Part shown: positions 48,253 to 57,513 of the stretch, one piece after another
How the letters are laid out: the number at the start of each line of letters is the position of its first letter
Position numbering within the stretch: position 1 is the first letter of the stretch
Assembly (NCBI GenBank): GCA_030698385.1
Contig: JAUYLZ010000033.1
Location: forward strand, 9,905-73,904
Length of the DNA stretch: 64,000 nucleotides
From: a bacterium
GTDB lineage: Bacteria > Patescibacteriota > Patescibacteriia > Patescibacteriales > XYC2-FULL-47-12
Reading direction: 5' to 3'
Made by a program: the position numbers and the translations under genes
The notes under the pieces: generated by a model
Told to the model about the DNA's origin: nothing
The model's input: the letters and a program-made list of their open reading frames with translations, nothing else
The model's database searches: none

Positions 48253-49422
48253 TTAGCTGAAGAACTTAGTAATGTCGCGATAAGTAACTAAAATGACGAG
48301 AAATATGAGCAAGGCAAAACCGGCGTTATGAATAAAAGCTTCGACTTTTTCCGGCACGGCCCGGCCCCGAATTTTTTCAATGATTAAAAATAAAACCCGC
48401 CCGCCGTCCAAAGCCGGAAACGGCAAATAGTTTAGTATTGCCAAGTTGACAGATAATATCGCCGTGAACTGCAATAAATAGACAAATCCCAACTGAGCCA
48501 TCTGACCAGTAATGGTTGCAATGCCGACCGGTCCGGACAAACTCTGGCTAACCCCGACGCCGGTAAAAATATCTCTAAACAACCCATAAAAAGCGGCGAT
48601 GATAAACCAGATCAAAAATACCGTGGATTTAATTCCCTCCCAAATCGCTCGGTACCAAGGAAAACTTACTAAACCGGTCTCCGCGATGGCAACGCCAATG
48701 CCAACCTCATCGCTCTCTCCCAAAACCTTGGGTGTTATCGCCAAATCAAACTCTTCACGGCCGCGTCTTAATTGATAATCAAGCTCTTGCCCCGCCTTGT
48801 CAGCTAAAAAAGCCTGTAACTGTGTATAGTTGCTAAACTGCTGGTTATTAATGCTCAAAATCACATCGCCAAACTGAACGCCAGCATTGGCCGCGGCTGA
48901 ATCTGGCAGTACCTGCATTATCTGAATGTTACGATCGCGCACTATCGCGGCCGGACTGACGCCATCCAAGTCCTGAGGCAGTCCCAACATATAACCAAGT
49001 GAAATAAAGAGAGCGGCAATGATTATATTCATAGTTACTCCGGCTGACAAAATAATACAGCGCTTCCAGATTTTTTGGTGACCAAAGCTATCGGTTTCGT
49101 CTTTGCTGTCTCCTTGTTCTCCTTTTATTTTTACAAAACCGCCCAATGGCAGCCAATTTATGGAATACACCGTGCCGTCAGCGTCATCAACTTCTCTGCT
49201 GCCCCAAACCACCTTCCACTTTCTTGATTTCTTTGGCGCCTCACTTTCATCAGCGCCGGCTTTATTAATCGGACGATAAATACCAATCGCGCGCGGCGGA
49301 AAGCCCCAGCCAAACTCCGGACAACTAACGCCGAATTTTCGCGCGGTCCAAAAATGGCCTATTTCATGAGCGAAGACAAGAATGGATAAAATTACGATAA
49401 ATATAATAATAGTGGTAAACAT
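48253..49422 (-). CDS. rseP: RIP (site-2) metalloprotease with PDZ domain
   Basis: HEIGH, LPLGGFV, NYLPFPALDGG. Confidence 0.95.
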   Translation of the reverse strand: MFTTIIIFIVILSILVFAHEIGHFWTARKFGVSCPEFGWGFPPRAIGIYRPINKAGADESEAPKKSRKWKVVWGSREVDDADGTVYSINWLPLGGFVKIKGEQGDSKDETDSFGHQKIWKRCIILSAGVTMNIIIAALFISLGYMLGLPQDLDGVSPAAIVRDRNIQIMQVLPDSAAANAGVQFGDVILSINNQQFSNYTQLQAFLADKAGQELDYQLRRGREEFDLAITPKVLGESDEVGIGVAIAETGLVSFPWYRAIWEGIKSTVFLIWFIIAAFYGLFRDIFTGVGVSQSLSGPVGIATITGQMAQLGFVYLLQFTAILSVNLAILNYLPFPALDGGRVLFLIIEKIRGRAVPEKVEAFIHNAGFALLIFLVILVTYRDITKFFS

Positions 49423-49541
49423 AATTTTTTATTTTTTATTTATAAACTCATTTTGATACTATACTATAAAGGTAACCTTTTTACAATTAGTTGTTAAAAT
49501 AATCGTTAATTCTTTAAAAAAATTATAACCTTTCTGATTCA

Positions 49542-49570
49542 TTGACAAAAATTAAATATTTTGCTATTAT
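49542..49570 (+). promoter_or_regulatory. Sigma70-type promoter
   Basis: TTGACA-17 bp-TATTAT with extended TG. Confidence 0.75.
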
Positions 49571-49617
49571 CTACAATATTTGCACCTTAGAAAATATATA
49601 TATAAAAGGAGATAAAA

Positions 49618-50106
49618 ATGAAGAAAAAAACTGGATTGGCTTTGGCGGACTTACTGATAATTATACTCCTCATAGTCATACTTGGTTTAAGTTTGTTCTT
49701 AAGTTTGTTTCTTAATTTGAAAGATGCGCGAAAAAATAATGAAGAAAATGAAAAAATGGCTCTGCAGTGGTTACAAAAAGAAACTAAACGCAAAGAAAAT
49801 AAGCTGGCGGGAAAACCAGAAGCGGAAGAGTTTGAAATCTTGCCTAAAACCACGCCGCTAATTAAAACAGATACAGATATTGAAATTGTTGACCCAATCT
49901 CGGATGGCGATGGACTAAATGCCTATCATCAAAACATTCTTTTTTTCCCGGCCACCGGCAATGTTTTTCGCGCCAGCTTGCGAGCATATATGGATAAAAA
50001 TTATCAATCAGAGACATGCTACCTAAAAGTTATTACTGCCTTCCCCGATCATGACAAATGGAATAACGGAACTACCGTAGTTATTGAACAAGTTAGAACT
50101 GACTAA
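49618..50106 (+). CDS. Hypothetical single-TM protein
   Basis: SD aaaggag; N-terminus KKTGLALADLLII resembles a degenerate prepilin leader. Confidence 0.7.
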   Translation: MKKKTGLALADLLIIILLIVILGLSLFLSLFLNLKDARKNNEENEKMALQWLQKETKRKENKLAGKPEAEEFEILPKTTPLIKTDTDIEIVDPISDGDGLNAYHQNILFFPATGNVFRASLRAYMDKNYQSETCYLKVITAFPDHDKWNNGTTVVIEQVRTD

Positions 50107-50124
50107 ATAAAAAGGAGAGAGAGA

Positions 50125-50454
50125 ATGAAGACAGAACAGGTAAAAAATATTATACTTTGTATTCTTATTGCACTTTTTTTTGGCCAGACCATACTATCTT
50201 TTTCAGTAAGTGGTGGAGTTGCTAAAAATCAACCAGAGCAAGTTGTTATACCACATTATCATGGTAATGACATCTATGTTTTTCCCACCACTAACCCAGA
50301 ATCGTTGGCGGCCAGCATTTCCGACTTTATTAACAAAAATAAAGTTGAGAGTGAGTATGTCTTTGAGGTACTGGCCATAACCAGCACTCAAGGTTATAAA
50401 AAATCTCTTGTTTGCTTCCGAAAAACGCCGATACTGTGGCCGAAAGAAAACTAA
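50125..50454 (+). CDS. Hypothetical single-TM/secreted protein
   Basis: SD aaaggag; shares an xIxxFPxT segment with the upstream ORF. Confidence 0.65.
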   Translation: MKTEQVKNIILCILIALFFGQTILSFSVSGGVAKNQPEQVVIPHYHGNDIYVFPTTNPESLAASISDFINKNKVESEYVFEVLAITSTQGYKKSLVCFRKTPILWPKEN

Positions 50455-50468
50455 CAAATGAACACTTC

Positions 50469-50502
50469 AAATCCATTCCAAAACACCGGAATGGATTTTT
50501 TT
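50469..50502. terminator. Intrinsic terminator
   Basis: aaatccattcc/ggaatggattttttt. Confidence 0.8.
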
Positions 50503-50546
50503 ATACATTAGTAAATCTGCATTCTGAAATTTACAATCTAAAATCA

Positions 50547-51101
50547 TTAAATTGTCATAATATCTTTTTCCTTTTTGTCTCTAATCGCTTCAAGCTCTTC
50601 ATTGCGCTTTTTTATCTCTTCTTCCATTTCTTTTAAAAATCTGAATTTATCGTCTTCGGCTATTTCTTTGTCGCTTTCCGCCTGCTCAATGGTTTTTTTA
50701 ATATCATCGCGTGTCTGGCGAATTTTGATGTGTGCTTGCTCCAGTTTTTCATTTAATTTTTTCACCCGATTTATTCTATCCTCCTCAGTCGGCTTGGGGA
50801 TGCTGATTCTTACTTGTTCGCCTTCATTGACAGGGTTAAGGCCAAGATCAGCGTCCACAATTCCCTTTTCAATATCTTTGAGCGTGCCCTTGTCCCACGG
50901 TTTTACAACCATGCAATTGGCGTCAACGACAGAAATATTGGCTAATTGCTGCAGTGACACCTTGCTGCCGTAGGACTCAACCTGCACGCTGTCAAGCATT
51001 GCCGGATTAGCGCGTCCGGTTTGGATTGAGCTGATATCGCGCCGAAAAAATTCAATTATGTTTTTTAAATCCTCCTCATGTAACGAAATGTAATTATTCA
51101 T
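50547..51101 (-). CDS. frr: Ribosome recycling factor
   Basis: IQTGRANP, LGLNP, PTEEDR, KEKDIM. Confidence 0.96.
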   Translation of the reverse strand: MNNYISLHEEDLKNIIEFFRRDISSIQTGRANPAMLDSVQVESYGSKVSLQQLANISVVDANCMVVKPWDKGTLKDIEKGIVDADLGLNPVNEGEQVRISIPKPTEEDRINRVKKLNEKLEQAHIKIRQTRDDIKKTIEQAESDKEIAEDDKFRFLKEMEEEIKKRNEELEAIRDKKEKDIMTI

Positions 51102-51114
51102 ATGTTTTTTTTAA

Positions 51115-52269
51115 TTATTTTTTTTCTTCTAATAAAAATACTCCTAAATAGACAATATTTGAATTATGTGAATCTAAAACCAGCGCTGAACCCTTGCGCT
51201 CGCTAGGGAGAACTTTTGACTCCCAGGTGCGGCCGCCGTTCCGGCTGACGCCCAAAGTGGTATCAGTCACATAGTAAATAACGTTCGTATCAAAAACAGC
51301 CATGGCTATTTTATTAATCGGCGTCCGCTGTGAAGGCGGGATTAGCGCGACATTATCCCAGCTTTCGCCCAGGTCAGCGCTTTTCAAAATACCGGCATCA
51401 GTCGCGACAATAATGGTTCGCCCGTCGATTTGAGCGATAGCCATGTCGCGAATGCGCACCGCCTGCGGGTTTATTTCAAAAAAATCATCTCGATAGTGCT
51501 TCCAGCTGGCGCCACCGTCAAGCGAACGATAAATAGCGTCCCCTTCGGTCGATACCCACAAATTTTTGGTATTGCGCGGATTTACCAAAATGCGGTTTAC
51601 AACCGTGCTACCCATGCCGCTGCGGCTCGTCCGGTTGGCGGGTATATCAAAACGGTATTTGGCAATCCATGACTTGCCTGAATCCTTACTCTCCAGAAGC
51701 TCACTGCGTGAAGTTCCGGCGTAGACTATAGCGGAATTAGTCGGATCAACGGTGATGGTATTAATCTTTGTTGCCGGATCATTATCATTATAAGTCTGGT
51801 GCCAGGTTCGCGCGCAGTCTACCGATTTGTAGATCTTGTTGGTCGAAGCCACAAAAATAACGCACTTATTTTCATGACTGACAACAATGTCATTGATAGT
51901 GATTTTTTTCAGACTGGTCGCCGTCGTCCAGCTCTGCGCTCCGTCGTAGGTATAGATCAAACCGCCTTGATTAATACCGGCATAAAAAGCATTGTCGTCG
52001 TTTGGGTCAATGGCCAGAACCGTAATATTGCCGGAGGTAAAAGTCGGAATATTCGGACTAACCGTATTTATCAAAGACACCTGCTTCCAGGTATTGCCGA
52101 AATCAACGCTTTTGTATATGCCGCCATTTGTCAGCGTCACATTGCTCTGCGCGCTGGGAGACTTAAAACTCACTCCGCAGCCGGAGGCTAATACGGAGAT
52201 TATAAATAAAAATATAAAAATTTTTACTCCTTGAAATTTTTTCATAATAGTTCTGATCGCGTGAAGCAA
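51115..52269 (-). CDS. BNR/YCF48-like beta-propeller lipoprotein
   Basis: Lipobox LASGC; repeated SxDxGxTW Asp-boxes. Confidence 0.85.
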   Translation of the reverse strand: MLHAIRTIMKKFQGVKIFIFLFIISVLASGCGVSFKSPSAQSNVTLTNGGIYKSVDFGNTWKQVSLINTVSPNIPTFTSGNITVLAIDPNDDNAFYAGINQGGLIYTYDGAQSWTTATSLKKITINDIVVSHENKCVIFVASTNKIYKSVDCARTWHQTYNDNDPATKINTITVDPTNSAIVYAGTSRSELLESKDSGKSWIAKYRFDIPANRTSRSGMGSTVVNRILVNPRNTKNLWVSTEGDAIYRSLDGGASWKHYRDDFFEINPQAVRIRDMAIAQIDGRTIIVATDAGILKSADLGESWDNVALIPPSQRTPINKIAMAVFDTNVIYYVTDTTLGVSRNGGRTWESKVLPSERKGSALVLDSHNSNIVYLGVFLLEEKK

Positions 52270-52303
52270 TCCTAAATAAATTATTTTTTTGTAATAATGA
52301 TAA

Positions 52304-53314
52304 CTACTGGTAGTATAATTGTTCCAAAGCCAACTTTGGATTGACCGAAGCGTCTAAATACAACCTTGTTTTTTCCAAATTTTTATTGAATTCTATCAGT
52401 TCAGCAATTGTGATTGAAGTTTCTTTTATTTTTTCCAATAAATGCTGGTTGGCTGCCAAGTGTTCCTGCCCATAAGCAATGATTAATAAATCACGGATGA
52501 CGCTTTGCCAAAGATCAATAATTTCCTCGGCTTTTTTGCGCTCATCTTTTTTGCTTGTCTTGGCGAGCAAACTTGAACAAATTTTAATTTTGCCTTTCAA
52601 GTCGGCTGAAAATAAATTCAGAAGCTCCGCGGTCGTCGCGCGGATTTCTGCCAAGTAGCCCCTGTCTTCAAAAATCTTCGCCGCCCTGGCCGGACGGCTT
52701 AATGACAGATTGGCGAAATCACGGGCATCAGTGCGTGAAGCGCTAAAACAGTCAACCAAATAATCATTTATATCATTAACAGCAACTGATCGAAATGTCA
52801 GCACCTGCGCTCTGGAAACTATGGTCGTCGGCAGTTTTTCAAGCTCAGTCGCCAAAAGAATAATAATTATATTTTTCTTTGACTCCTCCAGCGTCTTTAG
52901 CAACGCGTTGGCCGCCTGATCGCTGAGTTTGTCCGCTTCTTTGATAATGCCAATTTTATAGATACCGACAAATGTGCCCAGACGCATAATATTGATAAAT
53001 TCCCTAACCTGATCAATACTGATGTTTTTTTTGTCCTCTTGTCTTTGCAAATAATGCACGTCGCTATGAATTTCCTTATAAACTTGGCGGCAACTAACGC
53101 ACTCCTGACAGGGCAACTTGCCGCTTTTTTTTAAATTATCACAAAGTAAAGTAGCGCCAAAATGTTTCGTAACCGTTGACTTCCCTACCTCAGCCAAACC
53201 CGTAAAGATATAACAATGGGCCAGCTTATCATTCACAATGCTGGCTTGCAAAAATTCAATAATATGCTGATTGCCAAAAAAAGGCCAATCAAACTGATAT
53301 TGGCTTACTTCCAT
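52304..53314 (-). CDS. holB: DNA polymerase III delta-prime subunit
   Basis: GLAEVGKS, Zn-binding cysteines, AANALLKTLEE, LPTTIVSR. Confidence 0.9.
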   Translation of the reverse strand: MEVSQYQFDWPFFGNQHIIEFLQASIVNDKLAHCYIFTGLAEVGKSTVTKHFGATLLCDNLKKSGKLPCQECVSCRQVYKEIHSDVHYLQRQEDKKNISIDQVREFINIMRLGTFVGIYKIGIIKEADKLSDQAANALLKTLEESKKNIIIILLATELEKLPTTIVSRAQVLTFRSVAVNDINDYLVDCFSASRTDARDFANLSLSRPARAAKIFEDRGYLAEIRATTAELLNLFSADLKGKIKICSSLLAKTSKKDERKKAEEIIDLWQSVIRDLLIIAYGQEHLAANQHLLEKIKETSITIAELIEFNKNLEKTRLYLDASVNPKLALEQLYYQ

Positions 53315-53459
53315 ATCTAAACTATACCAGAATTTTTTATTGAAATCAAATATATTTAAAAATTTGCAGATTAGCTATATTACGTTATACTATAAGTATT
53401 ATACTAAGTGTTTAACACTTAAAATCGATCTTTTAGAATTAAAGGAGAAAATAAAAATC

Positions 53460-54386
53460 ATGAAAAAAAAATTATGGATTGCGCTGACAATGACAAGGTT
53501 CTTTGCCATAAACTTGTTAGGTCTGCTCGGATTACTATGGTTTGCGGCGGGACTTGGTAATTTTGAAATTACCCTTCCCTTCATTGGCGCAGTTCCGCCA
53601 ATGAGCTGGCCGGCGATTTTTTGCAATATTGCTTTGTTCTTTATCATAATGTTTGGCATCACTGGCGGCTATCATCGGTATTTTTCTCATCGCACTTACA
53701 AAACCTGGCGCTGGTTCCAAGCAGTGCTAGCGCTCTTAGGTAGTCTGGCGGCGCAATGGGGTCCTATTTTATGGACGTACCATCATCGCCTGCACCATAA
53801 ATATTCAGATAAAGAGCTTGACTTGCATTCACCTGTACAAAAAGGCTTCTGGTGGGCGCATCTACTGTGGATATTCTTCCAAATAAAATTGCCGGAAAAA
53901 ATATACTATGCAAATGCAACTACACTACAACGAATATGGTACTGGATTGTTCCGCCAGCGAATGTCTACCCTAAAGAAGTTAAAGATTGGACACGGTTCT
54001 GGGAACTGCGTCTCCTGGATAGATGGTGGATTGTTCCACCGATACTGCTGGGAGTTGCGATGTATTATTTTTTAGGTCTCGCTGGCCTATTTGCGTTCTT
54101 TACCTGCATTGTATGCACGTGGCATGCGACCTTTACTATTAATTCGGTAACCCATATCTTTGGGTCGCGCCGCTTTGACACTAAAGATAATAGCCGCAAT
54201 GTCTGGTGGCTATGGCTATTTACCATGGGAGAGAACTGGCATAACAATCACCACGATAATCCTACAGCGGAACCTCAGGGAATGTATTGGTGGGAGATAG
54301 ACTTAACTCACTACATTATAGTGTTTCTTTCATGGATAAAATTTGTCCAAGAAATAAAAACACGCAAGACATTACAAAAAATATAA
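53460..54386 (+). CDS. Acyl-CoA/acyl-lipid delta-9 desaturase
   Basis: His boxes HRYFSH, HHRLHH, HNNHH; ATG 53460 after SD aaaggag. Confidence 0.92.
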   Translation: MKKKLWIALTMTRFFAINLLGLLGLLWFAAGLGNFEITLPFIGAVPPMSWPAIFCNIALFFIIMFGITGGYHRYFSHRTYKTWRWFQAVLALLGSLAAQWGPILWTYHHRLHHKYSDKELDLHSPVQKGFWWAHLLWIFFQIKLPEKIYYANATTLQRIWYWIVPPANVYPKEVKDWTRFWELRLLDRWWIVPPILLGVAMYYFLGLAGLFAFFTCIVCTWHATFTINSVTHIFGSRRFDTKDNSRNVWWLWLFTMGENWHNNHHDNPTAEPQGMYWWEIDLTHYIIVFLSWIKFVQEIKTRKTLQKI

Positions 54387-54405
54387 CTAAAAAACATAGA
54401 TCTTT

Positions 54406-54441
54406 AACTCCGTTTGCCTCGCCGGTAACCGGAGTTTTTTT
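54406..54441 (+). terminator. Intrinsic terminator
   Basis: aactccg/cggagtttttt. Confidence 0.7.
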
Positions 54442-54559
54442 ATAGCTTGAAAATATTGTAAAAATAATATATGGTTACTATACGTTCTTTTAAAACAAGA
54501 TAGTTTTTAAACTATTTTTAGATATATTTTTGAGATCAAAAAAAGATTGGAGAAAAAAA

Positions 54560-56038
54560 ATGACACAAAATAAGCAATTAAGGTTTAGAATGATTATCCC
54601 GGCTTTTCCGCGCAATAACATTTATACGCGAATTGCTAAAAAAACAACTTCTTTGGGGCCTGTCTTAGTGGCTTCCGCTGTAAAAAAATTTTTGCCCAAT
54701 TGGGCGGTAGAAATTATTGATGAAAATAATTATCATCATGGACCATTGGCTGCGGACAACAAACCGGATCATACAATTCTGCAACAAGAAGACCCTGCTG
54801 ATGTAGTCGGTTTTTATTGTGGACTAACATCGACCATGCTCCGTGTCTGGGAGTTAGCCCAATTCTATAAACAATCAGGGGCAATTACCCTCGCCGGCAG
54901 CTGGCATGTTAAAGCCCTACCGGAAGAATCTTTAGAAAAAAATATTGATGTTGTGGTAATCGGCGATGGTGAAAAAGCAATTATTGACATTCTCACAAAG
55001 TTTGAAAATCAAAAAGACATACCGAGTATTATTACTGCCGAAAATATTAATCTTGCCTGTGACCTGCCATTTCCTGATTTTGGAATTTTAAGATTCGCTA
55101 GAATGAAATTGTATCCGCTGGGCATGATTCGCGGCTGTTCAAAAAAATGTGAATTCTGTCTGGTAAAAGACAAACCACGCTGGGGAACGCCGGAATACTT
55201 ATATGATTTGATGAAATGGCTGGTAGAAACTAGGCGTGCAAATAAATTTTTCCTAGTGGATGATCGTCTGGAAGAAAATCGCGAAGGCTATCTAAAATTC
55301 TTTGGGCTAGTTGCGCAAAAATATGGCCATAGCAAAGAACTCACTGCTCAAGCCAGATTGGAGGCTATTGAAGATAGTGAGTTGATAACGGCAATGGTAA
55401 ACGCTGGTGTAAAAAATGTTTGTCATGGAGTTGAATCCCCTATCCAAGCAGAACTTAATGCCATGCAAAAAGGCCTAAAAGTACAAAAAATGCTTGGTTA
55501 CCTGAAAGCCTGGCGAAAACTTTTTTTTGTGCACGCTATGTTTATGTGGGGTTACCCTCTAAAAACCGGCGTCCAAATTTCCTACTCGGAAAGAATTAAA
55601 ACTTTTAAAAGCTTTATCCGCAAAGGAAAGCCAGATACCATTCAGATATTACGGACGGTTCCTTTGCCTGGGTCGGAACTAAGAGAACGGCTAGAAGCAG
55701 AGAATAGGTTATTTCCGCTCAACGAGGTCAACTGGGATAAGTATGACGGCAATTTTGTCTGTTTTCTGCCCGGTCCCAATGATTTATCTTTAATTGAGAT
55801 TCAAAAAGGGCCGACTAAACTAATGCGATGGTTTTATTACTCTTTGGCCTGGGTGGTTTTTCCTTGGCGGACGATAATGATGCCGTTTGATTACATCTTT
55901 AGAGGCTGGTCACAGTGGTACCGCGGCTGGCGCAATGATCTTGCAAAAATAGGCGCTAATATCCTTCTTTTCAAGGAAAGACAGTCTGAAAAAAAGTTTA
56001 TCAAATTTTTACGTAATAAAAAAAAACAAAACACATAA
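54560..56038 (+). CDS. B12-binding radical SAM protein
   Basis: RGCSKKCEFC motif; N-terminal cobalamin-binding-like region; ATG 54560 after GGAG. Confidence 0.88.
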   Translation: MTQNKQLRFRMIIPAFPRNNIYTRIAKKTTSLGPVLVASAVKKFLPNWAVEIIDENNYHHGPLAADNKPDHTILQQEDPADVVGFYCGLTSTMLRVWELAQFYKQSGAITLAGSWHVKALPEESLEKNIDVVVIGDGEKAIIDILTKFENQKDIPSIITAENINLACDLPFPDFGILRFARMKLYPLGMIRGCSKKCEFCLVKDKPRWGTPEYLYDLMKWLVETRRANKFFLVDDRLEENREGYLKFFGLVAQKYGHSKELTAQARLEAIEDSELITAMVNAGVKNVCHGVESPIQAELNAMQKGLKVQKMLGYLKAWRKLFFVHAMFMWGYPLKTGVQISYSERIKTFKSFIRKGKPDTIQILRTVPLPGSELRERLEAENRLFPLNEVNWDKYDGNFVCFLPGPNDLSLIEIQKGPTKLMRWFYYSLAWVVFPWRTIMMPFDYIFRGWSQWYRGWRNDLAKIGANILLFKERQSEKKFIKFLRNKKKQNT

Positions 56039-56048
56039 TAGCATACAC

Positions 56049-56084
56049 GCCTCGGAATAAATATTCCGAGGCTATATTTTTTTT
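56049..56084 (+). terminator. Intrinsic terminator
   Basis: gcctcggaata/tattccgaggc followed by a T tract. Confidence 0.7.
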
Positions 56085-56135
56085 AAATAATTAATTGGCT
56101 TGCTTTTTTTCACCAAGTATCTTATAATATCACTC

Positions 56136-57509
56136 ATGAACTACACCTCATTAAAATTAAAAAAATATATTTTAATTCTTGGAGATATTGCGGTTCTTTA
56201 CTTGTCGCTATATCTCACGCTGATAGTTCGCTACGCGGAGTTGCCGACGGCCAACCTTTGGCAAGAACACTTCTGGCCGTTCACCGTTATTTTTTTTGTA
56301 TGGCTGATTATTTTTTATTTAAATAATCTATATGATTTAACTCTGGCGATTAATAACGTCAAATTTTACGGGCTTTCAGCGAACGCTCTTTTTTTTAATT
56401 TTTTAATCGGTTCCGCGTTTTTTTACCTCATCCCGCAGATTGGCATCACGCCAAAAAGAAATCTTTTTATTGATATTATAATCACCGCGATTATTTTTAT
56501 TCTCTGGAGACTAGTTTATAATGTGATATTAAAAACGTATCTGCCGAAAAGCAATGTCGCCATCATCGGGCTTAACGATCAGGTGCGCGAAATTATCAAG
56601 CATTTTCACAACTACCCTCATCTTGGATTCAAAATTGCCTGTTTGCTTTATGATAAAGAGGTCTATGAACAAGGCTTGTATAATATAAAAATTTGCAAAA
56701 ATGTTGATAATATAAAAGCAGAAATAAAAAATAATAATATTTCTATTGTTGTTCTCGCTGAAGATTTGCAAAAATCACAAGAACTTAGATCACAGCTATT
56801 TTCAGCCATTCACCTGGGAGTGAACTTCACCAGCTTAAATCATTTTTACGAAAAAATTATGGGAAAAATTCCCGTACAGGCGATTAACCAGATGTGGTTT
56901 TTGGAAAATTTAAACGAGGGCAGCAAGTTCTGGTTTGATTATTTTAAGCGTCTCTACGACGTTATTTTAGCTTTTGCCATTCTAATTATAACTATTCCCT
57001 TCTGGCCGATAATCGGTCTGATAATTACTTTGGAAAGCCGCGGCTCCATGTTTTACTCACAAAAAAGAGTCGGCATAAACAACAAAATTATTCATCTGAC
57101 AAAATTCCGCACTATGATTGAAACCGGAAATACCCGCCGACCGACAGTACCCAACGACTCGCGCGTAACACGCCTTGGCGGCTATCTGCGCCGCATGCGC
57201 ATTGATGAAATACCGCAGGTCATAAATATCATCAAAGGCGACATGAGCTTCATCGGCCCGCGCCCGGAACGACCGGAACTTGTGGTAAACTTACAAAAAG
57301 AAATTCCTTTTTATAACGAGCGCACGCTGGTTCTGCCCGGCGTTACCGGCTGGGACCAGGTCTGCGGCGAATATCATTCGCCCTCCACTGAAGATACAAT
57401 AAAAAAACTCCAGTATGATTTGTTTTATATAAAAAACAGATCTGTATTTTTAGACCTGTTGATTATTTTAAAGACATTAAGAACGGTTGTTTTGGGAAAG
57501 GGGCGATAA
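56136..57509 (+). CDS. Polyprenyl-phosphate phosphoglycosyl transferase (WcaJ/WbaP-like)
   Basis: KFRTM, IDEIPQ, MSFIGPRPE, PGVTGWDQV; ATG 56136. Confidence 0.93.
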   Translation: MNYTSLKLKKYILILGDIAVLYLSLYLTLIVRYAELPTANLWQEHFWPFTVIFFVWLIIFYLNNLYDLTLAINNVKFYGLSANALFFNFLIGSAFFYLIPQIGITPKRNLFIDIIITAIIFILWRLVYNVILKTYLPKSNVAIIGLNDQVREIIKHFHNYPHLGFKIACLLYDKEVYEQGLYNIKICKNVDNIKAEIKNNNISIVVLAEDLQKSQELRSQLFSAIHLGVNFTSLNHFYEKIMGKIPVQAINQMWFLENLNEGSKFWFDYFKRLYDVILAFAILIITIPFWPIIGLIITLESRGSMFYSQKRVGINNKIIHLTKFRTMIETGNTRRPTVPNDSRVTRLGGYLRRMRIDEIPQVINIIKGDMSFIGPRPERPELVVNLQKEIPFYNERTLVLPGVTGWDQVCGEYHSPSTEDTIKKLQYDLFYIKNRSVFLDLLIILKTLRTVVLGKGR

Positions 57510-57513
57510 AAAT

